From contig NW_005434654.1 in the NCBI RefSeq assembly GCF_000315625.1, positions 429,820 through 491,344 of the forward strand: 61,525 bases of DNA, in the 5' to 3' direction. Shown one piece after another: positions 38,401 through 49,913 of this stretch (position 1 is its first letter; every line of letters starts with the position of its first letter). The translations under genes and the position numbers were made by a program. The notes below the pieces were generated by a model. That model worked only from the letters and a program-made list of their open reading frames with translations. It did no database searches and had not been told where the DNA came from. The stretch is from Guillardia theta CCMP2712 (taxonomy: Eukaryota; Protista; Cryptophyta).

Positions 38401-40875
38401 GAGGGGACGGATGCAGTCGGCGTGAGCCCCAAGCGGTCACATCCTCCCTGTCTTCCTGCTGCTGCTCCTGACGTTGTGCAGGCTGGCGGGACTGTGGGGG
38501 CTGGGAGAGTGCGTGGAGATGATGGAGAGAAGGCGGAAGGAGAGGAGGGAGGAGGGAGGAGGAGAGCATGACTCGATATTCCCGCTGCGTCCTCAGGATG
38601 TCAAACCGTATGATGGCAAGGAAGAGGGGGAGGCGGGGGAGGAGGAGGAGGAGGAGGAGGAGGAGGAGGAGGAGGAAAGGTTACGGAGAGAGGTGGAAGG
38701 AAGTTTGTTTGTTCGGGTAGCAATCGAGATGGAGGCAGGGGAGGGAAGACGAGGAGTCAGGAGGTGTACCCTGCTTCACCTGCAGCAGCAGCTGTCAAAG
38801 TTCGTTGATAGGGGCCTGGAGGAGGAGGAGAAGAAGCAAGCAAGCCTCCTGTCTCGCCTGCACAGTCTGTCCTCGTTTCAAGGAGAGGAGGAGCAGGAGG
38901 AGGAAGAGCAGCAGCAGCCTCTTGCCGCGGGAACTCCAGTGGAGTTTGTTGTGTTGGATGGAAAAGACAGGGGGAGGTTCAAACTAAGGAGGGGGAGGGT
39001 CGTGGAGTATCGGAAACTGGAGGAAAAGGTGCGGGTGAGGGTTACGGGGCCACGTCGACTGGATCAGGAGGAGGGAGAGGAGGGAGGAGGGATAGAGGAG
39101 GAGAAGAGAGGGGAGGATGGGCAAGATGTCGAGCTGCCGGAGTATGCTGTGAAGAGGGTAACCCATACAGCTCCCTCCCTGTCTTCCTCCCCCATCGCCC
39201 TTCTCCATCCTTTCTCCTCCTCTTCCCCCCCTCCGTTTTCCCCGCTCTTTTCCCTCTTCCTCTTCCTCTCCCTCTCCCTCCCTCATGTCATCTCCTCCCC
39301 TCCTCTCCCTCCCTCATGTCTTCTCCTCCCCTCCTCTCCCTCCTTGTTCTCCTCCCCTCCTCTCCTGACGTGCATCCAGGCTCTGGTGGGAGGTGCATGG
39401 CGTCACTGCCCCGGGCTCCTCCCTTCCTCTGCCGTCTGGCTCTTCTCCTCCAGAGGACGCGCCATGCTCGAAGCTGCGGCGACCAGCGGGACCTCGCAGC
39501 TTCCGCTCCTCTCCTCCTCCTTCCTCAAGCAAGAGTTCGCCTCCTCCTGTGGGGCGTGCTGTGCAACTATCGCCTACAACCTCCTGAGGGAGGGAGGGAG
39601 GGAGAAGGAGGAGGGGGAGATTCTGCGGCAGATCTCGAGCAAGGTGAGGGACGGGAAGAGGAGCGAGGGGATGATGAGGGAGCAGATGACGAAGGAGGAG
39701 GAAGAAGTCTTGTACAGTCATGGGCTGACCATCCAGCAAGTAAGTCCTGCACTCTTCCATCAACCTCTTCCTCCTTCATCTTCCTCCTTCATCTTCCGCC
39801 TGCTCGGACTCTTTTCTTTCTTCCACCTTCCTTCCCTCTCATCTAGACTGGCTTCATTGCTTCCATCACGACCCCTCCCCTCCCCTCCCCTCCCTTCACT
39901 TCTTCTCTTCTCCCCTCCCCTCCCTTCTCTCTCTCTTCTTCTCCCCTCTTCTCCCCTCCCCTCTTCTCCCCTGTCTTCCCTTCTCTCTCTCTTCTTCTCT
40001 CCTCGTAATCGCCGTATTCGTTATTGAAGGTGAAGGACTTGTGCGACGACGCCATGGGCGGCAGACGGTGTGAGATCCTGACGTGCGATGATGGAAAAAC
40101 TCTCGAAGATTTCAGTGAGAAGAATTTTGTTGTTGTATGACTGCAATGATGATGATGATATGATGATAATGAGGAGGAGGAGGGGGGGGAGGGGGAGGGG
40201 GAGGGGGAGGGAGGGGAGGAGGAGGAGGTGTGTTGACGTTGACGTTGATTTCATGATTGCGTCAGAGATAATCATGATATTCACAGGACGTGCATGTGAG
40301 CAAATTTTCCTTCGCAGCACTCCTCCTCCTCCTTCTCCTGCTCCTCCTCGCGCCTCCCGCGCGATCATCGTCGACGTCTTTATGGGGCCTGAGGAGCGAC
40401 GAGGGTTGGGGACAAAAGTCGACATGGGGCACTACTGCATGCTGGCAGCTCTGTACAGGCAAGGGGAGAGACGGACAGGACCACACGGGAGCGAGGACAG
40501 TACAGCAGCAGCAGAAGGAGAAGCAGCAGCAGAAGGAGAAGCAGCAGGAGGAGGGAGGGATTGGGCGCTTGTGCTTGACGTTCTTCATTACCATGCCGAC
40601 GCCTACTGGGTGAGGAGCAACGAAAGTTTTCACCAGCTGATGGCCAGCAGGTGCCGCTCGACAAGTTGTGGGAATCGATGAGCACAGGGAAGAACGAGAA
40701 GTACGGCAACGGTACCCCAAACTCCTCTTCCTCCTCCCTCCTCCTCCTCCCTCGTCCTCCTCCAGAACGACAACTTTGTGCTTCTACTTCCCCTGTCTCG
40801 CTTCTCAACTTCCTCCCAGGAAAAGTTTCCAACAGCAGCCGAGGATGCATCATCATCTCACGTGAAAATCGCTAA
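35411..40875 (+). CDS. Ankyrin-repeat + phytochelatin-synthase-like (papain-fold) fusion protein
   Basis: Ankyrins DRSGRSPLMLASLRGNLEMVELLLGLGA, HMEVIELLLEFGGD, GVSPKRLAGLWGLGECVEMM. PCS-like SSRGRAML...FLKQEFASSCG, HGLTIQQ, GHYCMLAAL, ALVLDV, YW|VPLDKLWESM, RGCIIIS-stop 40873-40875. The N-terminal exons are less certain. Confidence 0.75.
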
Positions 40876-40963
40876 GTCTCCTCCTCTTCTTCTTGTTCCA
40901 ACTTGTCCTCCTCCTCCTCCTCCTCCTCCTCCCCCTGCTCCTCCTCCTCCTCCTCCTCCTCCT

Positions 40964-41897
40964 TCAGCATCCAAGGCTCTGAGAGAGAGCTTCTTTCGCT
41001 TCCGACACCTCGTGCATCTTCCTCGTAGCTCTGTTCTTGTCCCCTGCATCTCAACTGTTACAAAAGAAGCTTCCATGCCAACTCAGCGATGCCTCTCCGC
41101 CTCTCCTTGCCCTGTGCTCCCTCTCCCCCCCTTCACTCCCACTGCCTCGTTCCATCTCCTCGTCTCTCCTTCCCGCTTGCATCCTGTCTCCTACATCCCC
41201 ATCTCTTCATCCTCGTTACTCCCTCTTTCTCTCTCGCTTCACCTTTTGCCTTGTCCGGGTGCCATTTCCTCGCCAACAGCTTGTGCTGCTTCTTGATCCA
41301 CACGCATTGTTTCTCCACGGGGAGCATGTGGAGATTGACGGGGAGCTCAAGAACGAGCCTGACACAGACCAGTCACTCCCACCTCTCCTTTCCTCTCCTC
41401 CCATCTCTCCTCTCCTCCCTTCTCTCCTCTTTTCTCCTCTCCTCTCCTCTACCCTCCTCCCTTCTCTCCTCTACCCTCCTCTCCTCTACACCAGTTTTCC
41501 TTCCCTTCCCTTTTCTTCCCTTCCCTTCCCTTCCCGTGTCCCTCCACTCTTCTGACGCTGTTCCTTCTTCCAGTTCCTCCTCCCTTCTCTCCTCCCTTCT
41601 CTCCTCCCTTCTCTTCTCCCCTCCTCCTCCCTTCTCTCCCCATACTTGTGGTCTCTGTTTGTTTTCCACATATTCTGCATCCTCAGCGCTTCGTTGAGCT
41701 TGTCCGACACATCGTCCCTTCCGGGCCTGGTAGCCTGTCAAGTCGACACCAGACGCTAATATGCTTACGTCAGCTCCTGAACTTTCCGGTAATCCCGAAC
41801 AGCCTCATCGTAATTGTGATCCTGCGAGTTCGACGTCAGGACATCACTATCATATGATTGCTGTCGTCCACATCATCATCATCATCATCATCAACAA

Positions 41898-41929
<32 letters not shown>

Positions 41930-44015
41930 TCATCATCATCATCATCGCAACTAGTGGCTTCAAATCTGGCTAGAGTCTCTCTGGTATCAGGATTGCACGT
42001 GGACCCTCCTTTGGGTCCACGTGCCATCATCATCGAGCACAACCTGAACATGCGCCTGCGCTCGAAGCTTCAACGCCTCTGCCAGCTTGGCGGGATCAAC
42101 GAAGAGGCCAGCGACCGGCATGCTCCTCCTCTGCAATTCCATCAAAGAAGCAGGAGGCGAGGACGACGAGACGATTGCAAGAAAACTCTGGAGACGATGG
42201 AAGATGGGAAGGGAGGGAAATGCACGAGGGGAGGACGGAGGAGAAACAACAGGACCAATGCAACATCACCTGAACACACTGATCGCAGGCAAGGAGGGCT
42301 TCTTCATACCTCTTGAGCTCAGCATAGACTCGGCACAACCTGAAAAAGGACAATTATCACCATCGCTTCTCCCTTGTACGTTTTCCCTCCCCCAACAAAA
42401 CATCCTCCCCTCCTCCTCTTCTTCCTCCAATTCTCCCTCGCATCATCTGCCACCTCCCCCCCTCCCTCCCCTCCCCTCTCCTCCTCCCCCCTCTCCCCGG
42501 CCTCTCCCTCCCTCACTCCCTCTCCCCCTCTCCCCCTCTCCCCCTCTCTCCCTGTCCATCACTTTCCTGAGAAGGATGCCCGAGCGTAGGAGGCCAGACG
42601 TTGCGTCCATTCCCTTCATGACTGACAGCGAGTGGCTGAGCACATCCAGTGCCTGACCAGGTGTGAATAGAAAGAGAAGAATGGAGGAGGACGGGGAGAA
42701 TAGATGCGGAGAGAGCAGAAGAGGAGGGAGGAGGGGAGGAGGGGAGGAGGGAGGAGGAGAGGGGAGGAGAGGGGAGGAGAGGACAGGAGAGGAGAGAGAT
42801 ATGGGGGCGGAGAGATTGGCGGAAAGTAGAGGAGTGGAGAGGACCTTGTGGTTCTGAGACTTTTGAATCTTCTCATCGGATTCTTTGAGCAACTTTAGCA
42901 GTTGCTTCAAGCTCTTGTACTGCTTGCTGATCTCTTGCTGGCAGAATGTTGTCAGATCAAGGAGGAGAAATGGAGCGGGAAGAAGAAGACGACGACGACG
43001 AGGAGGAGGAGGAGATGGAGAAGATATGGAGGAGCAGGAGCAGGAGCAGGAGCAGGAAGAGAACGAGGAGAGGGAGGAGGAGCAAACCTGGTCCGGATCA
43101 TTCCGCAGGACAGCCTGGTAGAACTTCAATGCTCTTTCTCCATCTCCAAGCTCGAGCGCTGCGTGACTGCAAAAACATCAGGTATTCGAAGGGACAACGG
43201 AGCCCTCTCTGATCACAACTCTAACCCCTCCTAAAACGTTCTCCCGTATATCCCCTCCTCTCCTCTTGTCGTCTTGTCCTCCCCCTTGTCTTTCGCTCTC
43301 CCGCTACTCTCCCCTCCTCACCTTCCAAGCGTCACAGCCATCATTCTGTGCTGTCCACGTTTCCATGCTCCTCTCAGCTCTGCCTCCTGCAGCAGCTGCC
43401 CAGCAGTCCTGGTGACATCAGCCCACTGAAAGGGCGCGAGGAAGAATCAGCGAATGTGAGAGGATGAGACAATGAAGGTTGAGAGGACGAGGTAGATGAA
43501 AACAAATCAAAGATGTATACGTCGTGAAGGAGGAGCAGGAACAGGAGCATGAACAGGAGAAATCAAGGAGGAGAAGACGAGGAGGAGGAGGAGGAAGACA
43601 GGGAGGAGATAAATAACTACAGGAAGAAGGGGAGGGAGAGAGGGAGGGAGGGAGGGAGGGAGGAGAAGGAAGATAAAAGAGGGCGAGCTGGGTGCAACCA
43701 CCTGTCCGAGAAGCTGATGACTTTTCGCCTTGACCAGCAGCATCGTGGAGTTTTGACCGAATGGAAGAATCTCGTCGACGAGCTTCAAAGCATCTTCGTA
43801 CTTGCCGTCGATGAAGCTCGAGTATGCAAGATGCACCCTGAGAAGATGTGAGGTCGATTCAGAAGAGGCACAACTGAGACGGACAGAGACATAGACCGAG
43901 ACTGAGACTGAGACTGAGACTGAGACTGAGACTGAGACTGAGACTGAGACTGAGACTGAGACTGAGACTGAGACTGAGACTGAGACTGAGACTGAGACTG
44001 AGACTAAGACTGACT

Positions 44016-44089
<74 letters not shown>

Positions 44090-45277
44090 TAGAGACAGAG
44101 ATAGACAAAACGAAAGATCTAGCACGAACAGCGGCTCTACTTTTGATGGACTTGAAGCATTCTCTCCAGGCTTGTCTTGTAGACCTGACCTTCATCACCC
44201 GATCCCTCCATGGCATGAACGATCTTCGAGTACGCCGTGCCTGCCTGCAGGAACGATCCCCCCTTCTCCAACCTCTTCGCCGCATCCTTGAGGGCTTCAA
44301 CGTCGAGGTCAGTCCTGCTCTTGTACCCCTTTTTCGACGCCTGGCTTATCAGCTCCCTCTTCACCTTGAGGACCTCGGCATGCGAGTGCAGCCCCTTGGA
44401 GCTGCAGAACTGGAACGCGACCTCCGAAACGTCCTGGCTGGCCTGAAGACTCACGGCGATGTCCTCTGAAACTTTGTTCCCGTCGCTCCCCTTGCCCTCG
44501 AGGTGGAAACTGACTGAAGCAAGAACCTCCTCCTCCTCCTCCTCCCCTCGTGAGCCGCTACTGTTCAGAAGCTTCAACAGCTCCTCTTTGAAATTCGACC
44601 AGTCAGTCTCATCCATCGCCTTTCTCCTCGCACTCTCTTCCTCCGCCTCCCGCTCCGCCTTCTCCCTCTTCTCCAGCTCATCTGCGATCTTCCGCTCCTT
44701 CTCCAGCTGCTCATCGAAGGCCTTCTGATCCTTGAAGGCATCCTGTAAGAGCTGAGAGATCTTGGAGCGGACCGTCGGGTCCAGCCCGTTCCTGTCTATG
44801 GCACGCACAAGGTCGGCTGCAGCTTCGATGTACTGGTCGTTTGCCGAGAGCTCCGCAGCTCGCTTCATGTATGCCCCGGCAGTCCGCAGGAGCTCTACCT
44901 CCGGCTGGTGTTCCTTCCCCTCGAGCGCGTTCTTGATGTACGACAGGACATTGAGGACTTGATCTGTCGGCAAGATGCCGTTCTCGTAGCATGCTCTCGC
45001 TGCTGCAGCTGTTGCAAGCGTCAGTCCCCCCAACTCTCCCTCTCTTTCCTTCACTCCCTACTCCTCTCTTACCGGCAGCATCCTCGCCCCGCCGCACCCC
45101 AATCAGGATGTCCTTCTTGACTTCGGCTCCATCCTTTCCAGCATGAGTGGCAACGAGAGTGATGGTCGTTACGTAGTCTCCTTCCGCACCCTTCACCCCC
45201 TCGTCTGCCTGTGCATGGAGCAGCCAGCAAAGTAGGAGCAAACAACTTAAAGACGACGTGGCAAGATTCCTTGGCAT
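40964..45277 (-). CDS. ER-type TPR + C-terminal J-domain co-chaperone (DNAJC3/P58IPK-like) with N-terminal extension
   Basis: Signal peptide MPRNLATSSLSCLLLLCWLLHAQA; several TPRs (LCRVYAELKRYEEALLACDQ; ALKFYQAVLRNDPDQ; DHNYDEAVRDYRK); J-domain IKKQHKLLARKWHPDK...ATRKMHEVSEAKEALS; TGA at 40964-40966. Confidence 0.8.
43897..44105. repeat. Compound microsatellite (GACTGA)n(GACA)n in an intron
   Basis: Directly visible. Confidence 0.95.
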
Positions 45278-45468
45278 GTTCGACGCCGTCAAGATCCTAC
45301 GACATGGGCTCCGCCGATGATTCTGATCTTGAGGCTGCTTGCAAGGACATCTACCTCCTCCTCTACTCTCTCCTCTCCTCTCTCCTCTACTCTCTTCTCC
45401 TCTCTTCTCTCCCTTCCTCTCCCTTCCTCTCGCTCCTTCCTGCCAGCCTCCTGGACACGATTGGGAAT

Positions 45469-45550
45469 TCCCGCCAATGAAAATGAATCGCAATAGCTGA
45501 CCGAATATCCCGCCAAACGAAAATTAATTGCAATAGCTGACCGAATATCC
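45469..45550. repeat. ~39-40-bp imperfect tandem duplication upstream of the DnaJ gene
   Basis: TCCCGCCAA...GCAATAGCTGACCGAATA x2. Confidence 0.8.
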
Positions 45551-45589
45551 GCTCATCATCATGATGCCGATCAACTGGCACTGCAGGCG

Positions 45590-46120
45590 GCCACGGAGTT
45601 GAAGCGGGGCCGGTAGGCTAGTCACGGACCGCGTCCAAGGTCACAGCAGGCAAAAAACTTTCAAAAGTCACCCGTCACTGTACGCGGCTCGGTCGGAACT
45701 TCCGGCCGCTCCAAGGCTAACTTAGTAACTGAGCGCTCCCCGGGACCGCCCCGCAACCCCGCGTCACAGGCCGGGCGTTGCCGCGGCGCCTGAGACTCTC
45801 AGGCCGCTGCCGGGCGTTGCCACTCAGTAAAAACTGATCTCTTTATCTCTTTACATCTATTCACGGTAAAGTTAACTTAATTGCTTCAGCGGCACGCCGA
45901 CTACGCCGGGTCGCCGACTCACTGCCGTCACTGTGAGCCCGTACCGTCACAGTACCGTCGGTGCTGGGGCCCCGGCGGCGCCGGCCCGCGCACATCGCGG
46001 TCGGACGGCAGTGAGAGTCACGGTCAGCCCAGCTTCGCCGAACGATATGATGATCATCGCACCCAGCAGTGACAAGTTTCAAGCGCCGAACTCCAGCCCG
46101 CCGACCGTGAGTGTGCAGTG
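45590..46120. repeat. GC-rich palindromic intergenic block (class I)
   Basis: AAACTTTCAAA, AAAGTTAACTT, CAGTACCGT, CCGGCCCG and TGAGAGTCA words. Confidence 0.5.
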
Positions 46121-46129
46121 ACGGTGGCC

Positions 46130-47941
46130 TCAGAAGTGGTCGGAGTGAATCCTCGTCAGATGTCGCTGCAGCAGCAGCCGGGGCTCGCTCACCTCCAGAG
46201 GGGAACCGCACTTGCACTTGCGCGACTTGGACGTCAGGTGAATCTCCAGCAGCTTGGCGGGGTCGACGAGACCCGGGCTGTTGGCCATCCACAAGGCACA
46301 GCGTCTCCGCCCCAGCGTCGTCTCGACGAGGGCGTCGTGGATCTCGAACCCCAGCAGGGAGTCTGTGTGAGCAGCTAAATTTCCGAGAGCCCTGACGCAG
46401 CGATGGTAGCTCGCATTCCACCGAGACGCGTTGTGCTGCAGCTGGTCGATACAGGTCAGCCCTCCAGAGATCGTGCTCCTGTCCCTGAAGGCCTGTTGCT
46501 CCACCAGCACAAACTGCCGCTGAGCGCAAGATCGTTGGCTCGAGAAGAGATTCCTGATGGTGCGCGTGATCGATTTCCCGGAGGGAGAAATCAGAGTAGC
46601 GTCTGCGTCGAGGTAGACCATGATCTCGTAGTCGCTCGCATACCGTTCAACAACCCAGTGGCCGAACGCGTTCTGCCCAGCCTGAAACGTCCGCTGAAAG
46701 ACCGGGGCAGACATAGGAATGGCGATAATCTTCACAACGATAGCGCGGGCTGCCAGCAAGTCCTTCACCTTCTTCTTGCAATCTCTCGTCATGCCCCATC
46801 GGTCTACGTCGCAGGAGGACAACGACAAGAAATGCTCCCAGAACTGACCGGCCTGATGATATTGCCCGGCAGGGACAGCCACCATCATGGTGAACTCGCT
46901 CGAGCTCCTCGCCAGGTGTAGCAAGTTGAGAGCTGCTGCATTGTGGTAACCCCCCGCAGGATACCTCTTGAAAGGGTCCAGGTCGCTCACTCCTCTATAC
47001 CTGATCTCATTCCAAACGGGCCCATGGATGAACGCGACGGGAGACTCGTGGGTTGTCGTCCTCCTCCTCGTCCCGGGCCTGTCCCGCGTTTGATGGAAGA
47101 TTCTTGTCAGGTTGTCGTCGTGGGTTCGCAGGGCCCTCCAGGGCCACCGAGACGAGATGGTGTGGAGTGCGCTGCCGGCTTTCAGGGGGAATTCAGCTTC
47201 GAGCCAGACGCTCTCGAGGGACTGAGACACCAGCGCCGCGCTGTCGAGCGAGCTCAAACTTTCGCAGGTAAGCAACTCCACATCCGAGGGGAGAAGGCAC
47301 TCTAGCCTGATAGGGAAGCCTGACTTGTTCCGCCGAGAGGAGTGATGCCTCTCGATTAGGAACTGTGCCCTGGAGACTGGGGAGACCGAGGGGGAACCCG
47401 AGAAGCTGATCCCGAGCCCCCCTGGGTCCACCGAGGGGACAGCCCAGGGGTGGTTGGGGAGCCTGTTCTTGAAGTCCGCGAGGTACCGCATGCTGGGGAA
47501 CCTGATGGAGACGCGGCAGTTGGCGCCTCGGGACATGTCGTGATTTAGGTTCAGAGTCACGAAAGGAGAGACGACGAGGTAGCTGATCGCTCTGCAGCCT
47601 ACAAACCTAGTTCTCTCCTTGAGCCTTGCCAAGGGGGCTGGCCTTCGGTCGATCGTGGCCTTGAAGGGGAGCACCTCCACGGCCGACGCTCTCCTGTCGA
47701 CCGGCTTGGCTGAAACCTGTGCCATCAGGCTACTCCTCGCTGATTCCAAACTCTCGTCATCCTTTCTCAGCACTTGGTGAACATGGATCTGAGACGGGGT
47801 CGATGGGGTTGATACCTCAGCTCGTATTATTCTCTTCTCCGTTGCCTTCCACAGCCACACGTAAGCTGACAGGATGCCAGAAAAGAACGAGAGGGTGATC
47901 AACAGCCATGCAAAGTTGCGGGGAGAAAATATCTTCATCAT
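46130..47941 (-). CDS. Intronless type II membrane protein, DxD-containing putative glycosyltransferase (GT92/DUF23-like)
   Basis: 603-aa ORF; N-terminal TM FAWLLITLSFFSGILSAYVWLW; GQNAFGHWVVERYASDYEIMVYLDADATL resembles the GT92 GQ...RY...D.D region. Confidence 0.6.
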   Translation of the reverse strand: MMKIFSPRNFAWLLITLSFFSGILSAYVWLWKATEKRIIRAEVSTPSTPSQIHVHQVLRKDDESLESARSSLMAQVSAKPVDRRASAVEVLPFKATIDRRPAPLARLKERTRFVGCRAISYLVVSPFVTLNLNHDMSRGANCRVSIRFPSMRYLADFKNRLPNHPWAVPSVDPGGLGISFSGSPSVSPVSRAQFLIERHHSSRRNKSGFPIRLECLLPSDVELLTCESLSSLDSAALVSQSLESVWLEAEFPLKAGSALHTISSRWPWRALRTHDDNLTRIFHQTRDRPGTRRRTTTHESPVAFIHGPVWNEIRYRGVSDLDPFKRYPAGGYHNAAALNLLHLARSSSEFTMMVAVPAGQYHQAGQFWEHFLSLSSCDVDRWGMTRDCKKKVKDLLAARAIVVKIIAIPMSAPVFQRTFQAGQNAFGHWVVERYASDYEIMVYLDADATLISPSGKSITRTIRNLFSSQRSCAQRQFVLVEQQAFRDRSTISGGLTCIDQLQHNASRWNASYHRCVRALGNLAAHTDSLLGFEIHDALVETTLGRRRCALWMANSPGLVDPAKLLEIHLTSKSRKCKCGSPLEVSEPRLLLQRHLTRIHSDHF

Positions 47942-48299
47942 CAGGGCAACCCTCCTCTTTCAGCACTGTTCGAGAAGTTCGGTCACTGTCATCCGGGCCT
48001 CTTGAAACTCATAGCTACAGGTTCATCTCACCTACATGCCTCTCACATGTCATCTTGATGTCACCGTCTCGAACTTCCTCTCTCTCCGTCTCCACCACAA
48101 CTCCCTCCCTCCTCTCCCTCCCTCCTCTCCCTCCTCCGCGTTCCACTCTCTTCGCATTCCCCCTGCTGGGGTGATCTTTTTTTAAGTTTTTGTTTACCTT
48201 TACAGTAAAGAAAAAAACGTCCGATACAGTTTTTTTTCTTCCTGGTTCCCATGACCGGCCGCAGTTTTAAAATTCAAAAAGATCGGTACGTAAGATCTT

Positions 48300-48960
48300 T
48301 GGTTATCACCACCCCCATCGTCTAGATATTTCAGACTACAAAGGGGGGGTACACAAGAACGTATAAGGAAGAATATATATATAGGGTTATCCCGTGCTCA
48401 CGCTCTTAAAACACTTATTGAAATCTGCGGTAGCTTTCAAACAGGGTAAAATTATTTAATATTTAGTATAATTTTAGGGATTCTTCCGAGAGGGGAGGCG
48501 CGTAGGAAACGCGGTTGGGCGGAAACTTATTGGGGGGTAGGGGTACTTGAATGTTCCATATCGCAATATCCACTACACAACATATGAATTTATTCTAATA
48601 CTCATATAGTAAAAAAACGTAAAGGCATGCTCCTTTGGACTTTGTGTCCTTGTGACTGCCAAAGCATACGAAATAGGGGGTAGGGGTGAGAACGTCTGTC
48701 GATACGAGGGGTGGGAGGCTGGTTCTTGAGAAATAGACCTGCCAGGTGATGTATTGAGGGTGGGGGGGTGTAGACACATTCTTTGAAATGAGGGGTAGGA
48801 GATTTAACCAATTGGTGAAATATGGGTAGGGGGTCAATGTGCAGGGGTGTATTGATAATGTAAATATAGGGTACTAAAAGACTTTGATAGGGTGAACAAA
48901 ATGCTCATAGTCGAAGTATGGTAGGGTAGGGGTACAGGGGTAGGGTGATAGCTGTAATTG
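48300..48960. promoter_or_regulatory. GGGGTA-rich divergent-promoter block (class II)
   Basis: Repeated GGGGTAGGGG/GGGTAC words. Confidence 0.4.
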
Positions 48961-49094
48961 ACTAGAGGCAGAGCGTGAAAGAGAGGAAGGAGGCGCGTGG
49001 AAGGGGCGGAGGCGGGGGCAGGAGGCGGGGGCAGGAGAGGGGGCAGGAGAGGGGGAGGAGGAGGGGGCGGAACGTGTAGATGAGAGAGGAGAGA

Positions 49095-49883
49095 ATGTCG
49101 GGCCTTCGAGATGGACTGAGGAGGCTGCTGCTTCAAGATTGTGAGAAGGAGATAGAGAAAGGGCGAGAATTGATGGTCAGCAACTTTGTGTCGTTGCTGT
49201 TCCAAAGTCATGCTCCTATTCGAACGGAAGTCTTTGCTAGCGAGAGTTTCGAATTCGTTGGAAGAATTTTGTTTTGCGCTTGCATCTGTTGCCTTCTTGC
49301 CTCTTTCTGTCCTTCAACATTCATTGACATTTCGTGAATCAGGTTAAAATTGAAATTCATCTGCATGAGAAATCCTTGCCCGACGAACTCTACATCGGCA
49401 GAACATGCCAGGACAATGCTTGATTTAAACAATACAACTCTTCCTCTACAAATAGAGAAGGAGGTCGCCGCGTTTGCTAAGCTGAAGGCGCCATGGTCAA
49501 ATAAACAGCGGGAATGCCCATGCTGCGGCATCAAGACGAATTCTTCAGAGGGAGGAGATTTTTTCGGCTCAGCGTGTGATAACAGCAGATGGAACTGGAA
49601 CGGCGAGCCTCCTTTCTGTTGTCTTTGTGCAAATCTGAAAGGAATCGGGCGGCTCTCACACTTCGGATGCGATAGCTGCAAGGCAAGGAGGTCGAGGTTT
49701 TACAAGAGGACTAGCTGGTGTAGCCCAAGGTGTAAGAACTGCGGGATGGCCAAGACAGATCACATCGCTGCGAGCCAGCGTAGTTTCCCCCGATGCCCCA
49801 AGGTGTTTGACTCCGACGACAGCTGTGACAACGGCAAGTTCACCCTCGTCGTTGAGGTGGGAGGCAGGGGCAAGCTGGTATGA
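49095..49883 (+). CDS. Hypothetical Cys-rich (CxxC) protein
   Basis: ORF 49350-49883 with CPCC, CCLC, CDSC, CKNC; the probable first exon MSGLRDGLRRLLLQ has an unresolved splice phase. Confidence 0.5.
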
Positions 49884-49913
49884 TGTACAAAATGTTGATA
49901 TTCAAAAATAGAA

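Noticed and set aside
43897-44105. Hexamer array as a possible interstitial telomere or CRISPR
   Set aside because: Simple (GACTGA)n/(GACA)n microsatellite in an intron; no spacers and no TTTAGGG-type unit
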